A stretch of DNA of 64,000 nucleotides, from assembly GCA_965199825.1 (NCBI GenBank), contig OZ241329.1:672001-736000 (forward strand), in the 5' to 3' direction. Shown here in pieces: positions 41,818 through 51,130 of the stretch. Within the stretch, counting starts at the first letter, position 1; each line of letters opens with the position of its first letter. This DNA is from Bdellovibrionales bacterium. GTDB taxonomy: Bacteria > Bdellovibrionota > Bdellovibrionia > Bdellovibrionales > UBA1609. The position numbers and the translations under genes were made by a program. The notes beneath the pieces were generated by a model, which saw nothing but the letters and a program-made list of their open reading frames with translations, made no database searches and was not told the origin of the DNA.

Positions 41818-42627
41818 ATGCTTTTGCTGATCCTTATTTTTCAGATTTCGATTTTTGCAGAAGATTTTTGCGCTTCGCTGAACAACACTTTTGGTACGAT
41901 CAAAACTTCCACTCAGTTTGAGCGCATTCCAATCCAGCCTTATATTCAAAACCGAAGTTTTGATGACTACGATTTGTTTTCTCAGAGACAACTCTCGAAA
42001 GTTTTAAAACAAAAACCTGAGCCGATCTGGCTCGATGCAGGCTCCGGAACCGGCACTGCGCTTAGGCAACATCTCGAGCAAAATAAAAATTCAAAAGCGA
42101 TTGGAATCATCCGCGAAAGTCCACTGCGCCCCTTTGATTGGTATAGCTTTTCAGAAAGAGAGCGACTCAAGTGGTTTCAAGGTTGGAAAATTGAAGACAT
42201 CGCGAATGCTGAAATCGGTGAGGTGGACATCATCACAGATATTCTTGGCCCATTTGTTTACAGCAGTGAGCATCCTGATCGTATTCTTAAAAAGTATTTG
42301 CAACTGCTGAGACCGGGCGGGCATTTGTTTCTTGCACTTCAAAATAGAAGCATCGTGATCGATCACGAAGTCGAATTCACTATAGCAAGATGGTTGCAAC
42401 ATCAAGTGGATTGGAAGAACTCAAAAGTCGAAGTTCATTATGGCTTCAATATGATCGGGACAATTGTGCCAACGATGTTCATTGTGGAATTAAGTGAAGA
42501 GTCTCGTTCGATTCATATTCCTAGCTTAAAAAAGAAGAATCATATCGCCAAGACTTTGTTCCCGCCTGCCGTGGTGTATGAAGTCCAACGCTCATTCATT
42601 CAGGGTCCTGTGCAAATGGGTCACTGA
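41818..42627 (+). CDS. Class I SAM methyltransferase fold with a signal peptide
   Basis: WLDAGSGTG motif I, DIITD, LLRPGGHL; N-terminal MLLLILIFQISIFA. Confidence 0.75.
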   Translation: MLLLILIFQISIFAEDFCASLNNTFGTIKTSTQFERIPIQPYIQNRSFDDYDLFSQRQLSKVLKQKPEPIWLDAGSGTGTALRQHLEQNKNSKAIGIIRESPLRPFDWYSFSERERLKWFQGWKIEDIANAEIGEVDIITDILGPFVYSSEHPDRILKKYLQLLRPGGHLFLALQNRSIVIDHEVEFTIARWLQHQVDWKNSKVEVHYGFNMIGTIVPTMFIVELSEESRSIHIPSLKKKNHIAKTLFPPAVVYEVQRSFIQGPVQMGH

Positions 42628-42761
42628 AGATTATTTCACTTACGAGCTAGAAATAATTATAAGACAGATTCAAAAAATTCGGTTTTTCATTAAATAAATC
42701 CAGTTCATGATAGAAATCAACTTTCAAGCTCTTACGCTAAATTTGATCCTTAAAAAGGAGA

Positions 42762-43061
42762 GTGAATATGAAATCTATCGCGTCCCTCACTGTTGCATTT
42801 GTTTTATTGACGAGCGGGACTGTGTTCGCAGAATCAGTTTCAGAATGCCGGCCAAAGTTCGCAATTGCGATAGAACGCGCAACTAAAAATTGCGCAGTTT
42901 GGGGTTGTCACGGCATCATCGCAACAACTGCTGAGGTTATCGCTCAAGGTATTAACAATCCGAGCGAGATAATAGCTGAAGTTAAAAAACGAGAGGGCAA
43001 AAACTATTATTCTGAAGGCCCGCTTTTATTGATGGCAGAACTCGGTCTAATTAAATTCTAG
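42762..43061 (+). CDS. Small secreted protein
   Basis: AAGGAG RBS, signal ..TVFA. Confidence 0.7.
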   Translation: MNMKSIASLTVAFVLLTSGTVFAESVSECRPKFAIAIERATKNCAVWGCHGIIATTAEVIAQGINNPSEIIAEVKKREGKNYYSEGPLLLMAELGLIKF

Positions 43062-43198
43062 GAAAATAGTAATTTTGTAAAGGATCGAAACTTCTTCCGT
43101 GTTCGAATGTGTTTTCAAAATTCCCTATTGTTGCCATCATAACTTTAAGAAGATTTGCAGATCTTTTATCTTTCCGATACGACAGCAAAGAGGTGCAG

Positions 43199-44236
43199 AT
43201 GCTTAATTTTTTATTCAGTTTTTTGGTTGTCAGTCCATGTGCACAGGCAAGCAGCGTTTATGAGTATCTTGTGCACGATGCGGCAGAAGTTGCTGAACCC
43301 ACACGGATGACATTGCTCAAGGTTCTTTTTAAAGGATTGGGTCAGCTGACCGAAGAAGAGCTCAAAACAATTGTGGTCAAAGAAACTAATGGCAAGTTTC
43401 AAATTTCACCTCTTAGTGAAGAAAGCCCACAAAACTTATTTACGTTCAGTGAGCCTCTTCAAGGACATCCTCTCACTGAGCTCGATGATCACGATTGGTA
43501 TTTACGACAGAGCATCACCCAAGGGCTTTTTTTAAATGAGCTCCTTAAAGACGTCAAAAAAAATCCAAGCTGGAATGCAGAGAAGGCTGCTGTACTGTCA
43601 CAGCTGATCGATCATGCTGCAGAAACCGAACTTGCTCGGCTGAAAGCATTAGATTTTATAAACCGAAGCTTTTTTTATCGTGTATTGTCCGATGAATCTC
43701 CCGTGCATCTTTCGGCTTATCGGCTTTATTTTCGATTGCTGGTGAGCGGTCTGATTGAAGGATATGAAGCCAACACTGGACGCATCATAACATCGATTAA
43801 TTCTTCAAATTTAAACAATGACTTTAAAGCGATCACGCCCATTTTTGATGAAGAGCGTGTGATCGCATTTTTGACCGTTACGGCTATGGCCATTCTTTAT
43901 AGCGGAATTGAGCCTGTTTCTTTATTCCTCCATCCAAACATGAAATCTTTTGAAATAGCTAAAAATGCTCAAGGCCTTGCAGTGATTTTGAATCGAATTT
44001 TTATAAGTAAACAACTTTCGGTTTCAGCACACCCGAAATCCCTCTTCAAAAAGTTCAGGCAGTATATAGATTTTGTTTTGCAGAATAAACCTGATGATGC
44101 CTATTCTGATTTTGAAATATCAAAACAACTCCTCACTCTCACGAGAGACCTTCGTGCAACCCTAATGGCCACCCCCTTTGCTCAATCCATTATTGAACCC
44201 TGCACTGTTTATTTAAGTCCGAAAGTGAAGCTGTAA
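43199..44236 (+). CDS. Secreted helical ORFan, paralog of 39599..40666
   Basis: GAGG RBS, signal ..CAQA; 3' end duplicated at 45596. Confidence 0.75.
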   Translation: MLNFLFSFLVVSPCAQASSVYEYLVHDAAEVAEPTRMTLLKVLFKGLGQLTEEELKTIVVKETNGKFQISPLSEESPQNLFTFSEPLQGHPLTELDDHDWYLRQSITQGLFLNELLKDVKKNPSWNAEKAAVLSQLIDHAAETELARLKALDFINRSFFYRVLSDESPVHLSAYRLYFRLLVSGLIEGYEANTGRIITSINSSNLNNDFKAITPIFDEERVIAFLTVTAMAILYSGIEPVSLFLHPNMKSFEIAKNAQGLAVILNRIFISKQLSVSAHPKSLFKKFRQYIDFVLQNKPDDAYSDFEISKQLLTLTRDLRATLMATPFAQSIIEPCTVYLSPKVKL

Positions 44237-44263
44237 GTCTTTGGTGATTCTATTGCTACGAAC
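44113..44263. repeat. About 150-bp imperfect direct repeat, copy 1 (3' end of 43199..44236)
   Basis: Aligns to 45596..45746, e.g. TCCTCACTCTCAC, CCCCTTTGCTCAATCCATTA, AAAGTGAAG.TGTAAGT, ACGAAC. Confidence 0.92.
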
Positions 44264-44370
44264 TTGACTTGGCCTCATCGTATTTCTGATTCAGAACAAA
44301 AATTAAATATAAAAGATCATTCCGCCCTTGATCGAAGACTTTTTGGAAATCTAACTTACGCGAAAATTAC
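44246..44370 (+). pseudogene. Orphan 3' fragment of a paralog of 47475..48026
   Basis: Translates DSIATNLTWPHRISDSEQKLNIKDHSALDRRLFGNLTYAKI versus DPVATHFTSPSRISDSEEKLDMNDDATLDRRLFGDPTYARL. Confidence 0.9.
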
Positions 44371-44426
44371 GAAGTGTGTGTCTTCCTACTCATAGGTACT
44401 GAACCAATTCGAGGATTCGATCGACT

Positions 44427-45430
44427 TTAGAAAAGTGGAATAGATGAACTACCATTTGTAGTGGGCCATGATGCAAATGTCAGCGGCGTTGCAATCTGAG
44501 CGGGTGAGGTTGTAAAAGTTGTTGCTGTGCCCGCCGCTGAGCGAATGCAGGTTGTGACTGGACCCGAGCAATCAATTCCCGACGCTGTCCAATAGAGGGT
44601 TGAATCTCTCACGTCCAGCCATGCATGATCCACACTTGAAGTAGCATTCGGAGCCAAGATTACAGCTACTGGAGTCTGCCAAGAGCCAGAAAAAGTCGAA
44701 CTCCAAAAGCTTTTTAAATTGGCACTCGAACATGTTGATCCATTCGATACATTTCTACTTGAAGTAAAAATAAGTTGAGAGCCGCTACTATCAAACATCG
44801 GGTTGTCGTCGTTACAGCTTGTTGAGTTTTGCACAAACGAAGATGGAACTGAAAATGAGTTATCGGCTGTTCGTTGAGTCAAATATATATTTCCATTTCC
44901 AGAGGATTTTTCATATTTCACAAAGGCCGTTATTGGAGTGGAGCTTGCCATCTTTAATGCGGCTAAACTTACAGTCTGAGAACCGTTCAAATTTAAATTT
45001 GTGAGTGTCCATGCAGACCCTGTTATAATACCGCGATAAATATTAAAATTTCCTGTTATACCTGGAGAGTTTTGGGTGACAAAACTGGGGGTCGGGGCAC
45101 AACTTCCATTATAGGTTAAACTCCCATTGTTTAAAGCTGTCCAATCAATCGAACTCACTCCAAAAAACAATTCACTCCCCGTCCAATACTGTGAATCTAT
45201 CCAGCACCCTTGGGGATTCATATTGCTTGGGAGCAAATAAACAGATTTTCCGGTCAACGATCCCGATAGACTCAAGCCTGTAATCTGTGGGCCAACAACA
45301 ATATATGAACTGGACACATTCGAAGTTAAACTGCTGTTGAATTACTACACGCTACAACCATTAGAGCTATTACAGCGATAAATAAGCGAAACATTAAAAC
45401 TGTGTAGAAAATGGTTCTGAGATTTAACAT
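44427..45430 (-). pseudogene. Frameshifted lipoprotein with a TolB/PD40-like propeller
   Basis: Signal ORF 45430-45326 (...IALMVVACSNSTAV*) is one base out of frame with the 296 aa body (NPMFDSSGSQLIFTSSR). Confidence 0.7.
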
Positions 45431-45595
45431 ACAAAATCGTAAATAAATTGTATTTTAATCGCAAGACTTCTTTCGTTTAGCACTTCCTAGCCTTACCACC
45501 TCGTCTTCAAGCAGTTCTTGAACCTCCATTTGGAGGCGACACTTTTGAAAGAAAAAATGGAAACGGAGCTTGCAGATGCACGACCGATCCAATCC

Positions 45596-45746
45596 TGAAA
45601 TAGCAAAACAAATCCTCACTCTCACAGAAAGACCCTCGTGCAACCCTGATGGCGAACCCCTTTGCTCAATCCATTAATGAACCCTACGATGCCTATTTAA
45701 TTCCAAAAGTGAAGTTGTAAGTGCTTGATATTTTCACATCACGAAC
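45596..45746. repeat. About 150-bp repeat, copy 2; decayed 3' end of a 43199..44236 paralog
   Basis: Direct alignment to 44113..44263 with one indel. Confidence 0.92.
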
Positions 45747-45795
45747 GGACCGATCGCTTCTTGAAAATCTGAGAGCAGTTGTGTAACCAACAGAA

Positions 45796-47292
45796 ATGAA
45801 AAACATTATTTTTTTTGTTTTAATTTTTTGTCCTTTGCTTTCGCAAGCCACCATCAAGGCCAATCGCCGAACCGTTTTAGGCTCAGGCCCGGTCAGTTTT
45901 TTGATGGGACTTTTTCAACCTCAAGCACCCGCGGCAGATCCGACAAAAATTGTGATTGATGCTGCACAAATATTTCATCCTGACATTCAAGATGCCGATG
46001 GCTCAATCGTTAAAGCACGGACACGAGCCTTTCACCGACTATGGGTGGATTCGCGATCGAGTGATGTTGATCAACTGAGCAATGCCAAAAAATACCAACA
46101 TTTCGGGCCTCTGCAAGCCGATTTGCTTGAAGATTGGCTTGTTACTCATCCTGATGCCGAAATTCAAACACTGCTCGATAAGTACGATCTTATTAAATAT
46201 GCTTTCGCAAATCCAAATTTTATATCTGATGACCCATTGGTCTTCGAGATCCGTCAATCTCCCCGGACTGTGTTTAAATTGCGAGAACGCCTCGAGCGAG
46301 ATTTGGCAAAATATTTTTATGAGCGTATTACTGAAGCTCCATGGAAAAATCTTTCTTGGGCTCAAGTTTTTGGGCCAAAAATTGCTGCAATGGAATTGCG
46401 GCTTGCTTATAAATACAATGTTGGAATGGGCAAAGTGGATCATGCTGTGGAATTTGGAATCAATGGCAATTACAAGATTGATTCACAGATTCGAAGTCTT
46501 GTCTTAGGCCAATTTCAGCCCGAGGATCTTGAGCTTTATAGTTCTCAATTTATTAATGAGTACTACGCGGGTTTAGCAAAAATATCTCCTCGTTTTTTTC
46601 GCCATAGACATGAAAGCCCAGGCTTTCAAAAAAATAATCGTTTCAAAAACGATTGGATAAAAACTGTTCGCAACACAATCGCGAGTGCCCTTCAGGCCGA
46701 ATTTGATGAAAGAGGAGTGCGCAGTTTTGCATTCAATAAATTAGCAAATGGTTTCTATTTATTAAAACAGCATCCTGGAGTCCCTCCCGAATACACCGCC
46801 GCCTATCTTGAATTTTTAAAGGAACTAGAAAATCTGCGAGAGATCCTTTTCCAACTACCCATTTCAGATTTTAAAACAGTCAGCTTAGAACAAGTGGAAT
46901 ATTTAATAAAAATCGCGAGCGAAGAATTGAATACACTTCCGCAACGCCTGGATATTCAGCGAAAAATAAGTGAGGCGCGGGCATCAAGAATATCTTCGAG
47001 CGATTTGGAAAACCACCCTCCGCCAACCTCGCTCGAGTGGCGCACATTTGGATTTTCAAATGCGTCTGAGGCGTTTACAAGCTCGATGAAATGGCTAGAA
47101 ACGGTTCGTGAAACTGGAATGAAGTTGGGGTTAAGTGCAAAAGTTCTAGAAAGCCTGGCGCTGGCTTTGCATGAGCCAGAACCTTGCAACGTCCTCTTAA
47201 TGGAAGCACCCGTTGAAGACATTGCTGAAGACAAAAATGAGAGACAAGGAGCAGCTGTTATTGCTGGAAATGTATCTCCAACAATCAATTGA
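45796..47292 (+). CDS. Secreted ORFan with an RR motif after the signal peptide; likely distant paralog of 49461..50930
   Basis: Signal ..LSQA, then NRRTVL; INEYYAGLAKI resembles IEDYFVGLDKV; CNVLL near the end. Confidence 0.7.
   Translation: MKNIIFFVLIFCPLLSQATIKANRRTVLGSGPVSFLMGLFQPQAPAADPTKIVIDAAQIFHPDIQDADGSIVKARTRAFHRLWVDSRSSDVDQLSNAKKYQHFGPLQADLLEDWLVTHPDAEIQTLLDKYDLIKYAFANPNFISDDPLVFEIRQSPRTVFKLRERLERDLAKYFYERITEAPWKNLSWAQVFGPKIAAMELRLAYKYNVGMGKVDHAVEFGINGNYKIDSQIRSLVLGQFQPEDLELYSSQFINEYYAGLAKISPRFFRHRHESPGFQKNNRFKNDWIKTVRNTIASALQAEFDERGVRSFAFNKLANGFYLLKQHPGVPPEYTAAYLEFLKELENLREILFQLPISDFKTVSLEQVEYLIKIASEELNTLPQRLDIQRKISEARASRISSSDLENHPPPTSLEWRTFGFSNASEAFTSSMKWLETVRETGMKLGLSAKVLESLALALHEPEPCNVLLMEAPVEDIAEDKNERQGAAVIAGNVSPTIN
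47221..47284. repeat. 64-bp direct repeat, copy 1 (pair with 48036..48099)
   Basis: ATTGCTGAAGA.AAAAAT.AGAGACAAGGAGCAGC.GT.ATTGCTGGAAATG.ATCTCC.ACAA, 58/64 identical by manual alignment. Confidence 0.95.
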
Positions 47293-47474
47293 ATGTCTGG
47301 ATTGTGTTCAAATTCTTTCACCACAAATATAGTAGTAACAACTAACCCCACCCTTCAATGGCATCTCGATGGCTCAAATTTGTGAACGGAACAAAAGAAT
47401 TTCATGCCATAGCCATTTAAAACACAAAGACCGACGCATAGTCTTTGCATCATAGACGAGAGGATTCTTAACTT

Positions 47475-48026
47475 TTGGAGATTAAATTGAAATCAATTAT
47501 TCTTATGTGCCTCTTAACAATGGGCATCGGTGCTACTGCACAATCATCTGATGTAGAAATGATCACAAAAGGTGACCTGATTTTCGATATCGGCACTCTA
47601 GATGCGGGCTCGGTTCCAGGTTATGTCACTGGAAAACCGCCACAGTTTTTATTTGAGATCAAATTAACGGGCTCGAATGGAAATCATGATTTTAAGGAAA
47701 TAACATTAAGATCTCTTCGACTTGGGAGTGTACCAACGGGCGAGAAAAAGAACTTGAACAGAGAAATTCGAATTGATAAAAATGAAATTAAACAAGTTAT
47801 AGCCAAAGAATTATCTGGCTTTGATTCGTCACTCATCATTCATATTTGGCTACGACGCATCGGTTACGTAATGAATGATCCTGTTGCTACACACTTTACT
47901 TCTCCTAGTCGTATTTCTGATTCAGAAGAAAAATTAGATATGAATGACGATGCCACCCTTGATCGTAGACTTTTTGGAGATCCAACTTACGCAAGACTTA
48001 GTGTTACGTTAAGAAGAGGCCATTAA
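47475..48026 (+). CDS. Secreted hypothetical protein lying between the 64-bp repeats
   Basis: GAGG RBS, signal ..GATA. Confidence 0.7.
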   Translation: MEIKLKSIILMCLLTMGIGATAQSSDVEMITKGDLIFDIGTLDAGSVPGYVTGKPPQFLFEIKLTGSNGNHDFKEITLRSLRLGSVPTGEKKNLNREIRIDKNEIKQVIAKELSGFDSSLIIHIWLRRIGYVMNDPVATHFTSPSRISDSEEKLDMNDDATLDRRLFGDPTYARLSVTLRRGH

Positions 48027-48035
48027 GACTTAGAG

Positions 48036-48099
48036 ATTGCTGAAGAAAAAAATTAGAGACAAGGAGCAGCGGTCATTGCTGGAAATGCATCTCCGACAA
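48036..48099. repeat. 64-bp direct repeat, copy 2; overlaps the 3' end of the GH26 gene
   Basis: Direct alignment to 47221..47284. Confidence 0.95.
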
Positions 48100-49264
48100 A
48101 TGTCCCGTCGGCGATATATTTCGAAATGCTATCGAGCACCGCAGGCTGAACGCCGCCAGTAAATTGCCACGAGCCATCTCCGGCTTGAATATTCCAAATA
48201 TTCATTCCCAGCATTGGAACACCTTGAGCACGCATCGACTTTATTGAGTCCGCCATAAAATCCCAAAAAGCGGTGTCATTTGAAAGTCCATGACTTGGGC
48301 CATTTGGATTTGGCCCACTCCCGGTTTCGGCAAAGTACATTGGCTTTTTAAGCTTCACGGCGAGAGCGATTTGTTGATCCATTCCCCATCCGTTTGGATT
48401 ATGCCAAAAACCAACTCGAGTTGGAATATCGTTTACATCTCCTCCACCCCAGTAAGAGTTGTACTGATCAGCTCCTAAGATATCCCATAACGAGGGATCT
48501 GGTAGATTAGTGTCAACAGGAAGTGATCCGTTACCCAGTGCAGGATTGTACATCAAATAGGCGACAACTCCTTTTTTAAAAGCTTCGGCGCGAAGAACTT
48601 TTGCGACATGTTCAAAAGCCGCTTTCCATTTGAGTTGTGTGTCGGGATCGCCAGTTTCACCGTCGGGCATAAAATTAAAATTATCTTCGTAGCCGATTCG
48701 AAAAATCGATACTGGAATTTGTGCGTCTGAAACTGCATCGATCATCTCAATCCAAGTGGCATCAAATTTACCGGCAGCAACGTCGACAAAAGCCTGTGGA
48801 TCACCCCACCCATAATTTTGCGGTGCTGTGTTTGCCCAAAAAAGTTTGATTCCAATAACAGGAACAATATTTTTTGCAATTGCAGAACTATGCATCGAAT
48901 CGACCGCACGCTTGAGATTGTAGTACCACCAGTTTTGATCACCGTAGACGGGGAAGACATTGATTGCGGTAATTGGTTTGCCAAGATCGGCCCCCAAACC
49001 CACCACGCCCTGATCCATATCAACATCGTTTCCTGCACCGTAATTCCAAGTTCCCGAGGGACCCGAGGTATACGTTCCCAAAAGGTGAAGATTCGATCCT
49101 GCGGTTAAACATTGAGGTTGTGTAGCTGGTGGTGTGCTTGGAAGTGATGAGCTGAGATTAGCTGGGACTGTGTTCATACTTTTTATTTGCGAACAGTTTT
49201 GATAGGCACATAACACGCACAAGAGGCCGCTGACTTTGATCGACTTCACAATGAATTTGTTCAT
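48053..49264 (-). CDS. Glycoside hydrolase family 26-like lipoprotein
   Basis: AYQNCS signal; FRIGYEDN (acid/base), DILGADQY, KPMYFAETG (nucleophile). Confidence 0.78.
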   Translation of the reverse strand: MNKFIVKSIKVSGLLCVLCAYQNCSQIKSMNTVPANLSSSLPSTPPATQPQCLTAGSNLHLLGTYTSGPSGTWNYGAGNDVDMDQGVVGLGADLGKPITAINVFPVYGDQNWWYYNLKRAVDSMHSSAIAKNIVPVIGIKLFWANTAPQNYGWGDPQAFVDVAAGKFDATWIEMIDAVSDAQIPVSIFRIGYEDNFNFMPDGETGDPDTQLKWKAAFEHVAKVLRAEAFKKGVVAYLMYNPALGNGSLPVDTNLPDPSLWDILGADQYNSYWGGGDVNDIPTRVGFWHNPNGWGMDQQIALAVKLKKPMYFAETGSGPNPNGPSHGLSNDTAFWDFMADSIKSMRAQGVPMLGMNIWNIQAGDGSWQFTGGVQPAVLDSISKYIADGTFVGDAFPAMTAAPCL

Positions 49265-49460
49265 AGTCTCTGATCGGACCAATGACTGGTTGTCTCAATT
49301 CTTTTTGACCTATATTTTTGTTGTGTCTCTTTTTGAGACAACATCTTTTGATCTTGGGTGCGAGGGCCGCTGTCGAGATCTGATATTCCATCCGTTGTTG
49401 AAATATGAGTGCCAAATTTTGTTTATTGACTCTGGTTTTGATCGAAGGCTTTTAACGAGT

Positions 49461-50930
49461 ATGCCACTTTTAATCTACGTTCTGTGTTTTACTTCTCAAG
49501 CCCAAGCGGTCGATTTATCCCGAAGACTGTTCTTAGCACTGAGTACGGTTGCGGTGACTTCACCCTATCTGCCAAAAATTCCTATTGACCTAGAATTCGG
49601 CGAAGATCAGATCGCAACTCAGCTTTCGAATTCTTATTTGTTAAATCAACGCTCTATTTTATTAGGGACTTCTAGCCAGACCAGCGCTGTCCACTTTTCG
49701 AATTTGCTTCAAAAACAAAATGAGATTGCTTTAAACATAGCAAACAAAATTAGTTTTCTCTCAAAAAAATACCATCTTACTCAAGAAAACATTTGGCTTA
49801 ACGTGATGCGGGCCTTTGATCAAGAATGGGGACGCATTGCAAAAATTGAATCAGCATTTGATCCACTGCCTTTAGAAATTCGCCGCGAGTTTTACAACTT
49901 TTGTAGCACGCTGTCGGAGGATCTTAGCCCAACATTTATAAAACATATTTGGTTTTGGTATGATAGCTTCGAATTTGATTTAAATTACGAAGATGAGCAT
50001 GTGTCTACTTTCCATAACTGGCTAGAGGTCGCAGCGTATCAGTGGCAGGATTTTACTTTTGATCACAACTATCGATTAGATGAAAATGAAAGACGCACAC
50101 TTTCACTGAAGGCGGGACAGTACGATCTCGATTTTGCAGCTAAATTGGATTTTCATCCTGCACGTCTCTGGGAAGAGATCGACCGCCGAACCAACCCATG
50201 GAACTACTTACCATACGGCGATAATTATTTGTTGAGCCGTTTTGCACCTTTGGGCGACTCGATTATCGAAGATTATTTTGTAGGCCTTGATAAGGTTTTT
50301 CCAGAGGCGGCTCAAGAAATGCGAATTGAATTTGAGGCCGCAAGAAAGTCTATTCTTCATCCTAGCAATCAATTTGAACATATCGGCCTCAGTTTTACAT
50401 TCGACGTAAAGCCAATTCAGTTTACGATGAAAGGTTTGGCGGCTTTCGAAACTGAAATGCAAAGCCTTGGAATCATCATTCCCTCGCATCCAAATTTAAT
50501 AAATCAAATCGATCCGCAATTTCGAAATATTCTGTATCAGTACTTCTCGGCTAAAAAGAGTTGGGGCTTTGATATGAATCGGTCAGTGCATGAGCAGCTG
50601 GCTGACTCCACCGCTACTCAACGTTCCATCATGCAGAGGCCAGTGATTGATGCCCCGATCGAAAACAAGCGGGCAAACTTATTAGGCGAAACAATACACG
50701 CTCGATTTCATCTGCGGTCTGTTGTGCCAATATTAAAGTCAATTGTACCAAAAATCGGAAATCTCGCTGTCCGCACAAATGAAGTTAATGATTGTATCCA
50801 AATTCTTTCAACATCAGTAATAAATAAAGAGCCTTTGTTGCTTACTCACGAGGTGATAATTCCGGCTGTTGATCCCATTCCTTTGGTAGAGGAGACTGCG
50901 AATCAGTTGTCCACAGAATCAAAAGACTAA
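49461..50930 (+). CDS. Secreted ORFan with an SRRLFL motif after the signal peptide
   Basis: Start trimmed to MPLLIYVLCFTSQAQA; then VDLSRRLFLALSTVAV. Confidence 0.7.
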   Translation: MPLLIYVLCFTSQAQAVDLSRRLFLALSTVAVTSPYLPKIPIDLEFGEDQIATQLSNSYLLNQRSILLGTSSQTSAVHFSNLLQKQNEIALNIANKISFLSKKYHLTQENIWLNVMRAFDQEWGRIAKIESAFDPLPLEIRREFYNFCSTLSEDLSPTFIKHIWFWYDSFEFDLNYEDEHVSTFHNWLEVAAYQWQDFTFDHNYRLDENERRTLSLKAGQYDLDFAAKLDFHPARLWEEIDRRTNPWNYLPYGDNYLLSRFAPLGDSIIEDYFVGLDKVFPEAAQEMRIEFEAARKSILHPSNQFEHIGLSFTFDVKPIQFTMKGLAAFETEMQSLGIIIPSHPNLINQIDPQFRNILYQYFSAKKSWGFDMNRSVHEQLADSTATQRSIMQRPVIDAPIENKRANLLGETIHARFHLRSVVPILKSIVPKIGNLAVRTNEVNDCIQILSTSVINKEPLLLTHEVIIPAVDPIPLVEETANQLSTESKD

Positions 50931-51130
50931 TCAATACCTTCGTTCGCATTAGGATCTGAGGTGTTGCCATTCAATTACTAAAGCGTGATCACATATTTTT
51001 ATGCGATATTGTGTCGCCTTTTATTTATACGTGCAGTTGGATTGCGGAATAGCTTTATATTTCCTACCATCGTTCACTCTTATAAACCTAGATCCTTTTG
51101 AACACGCCCCCTGCCGGGGGCCGAACTTGA

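Noticed and set aside
37476..48099. Diversity-generating retroelement TR/VR pairs
   Set aside because: The repeats are at gene 3' ends, but mismatches are not confined to adenines (e.g. G/T and T/C alongside A/G in the 64-bp pair), and there is no reverse transcriptase in the window
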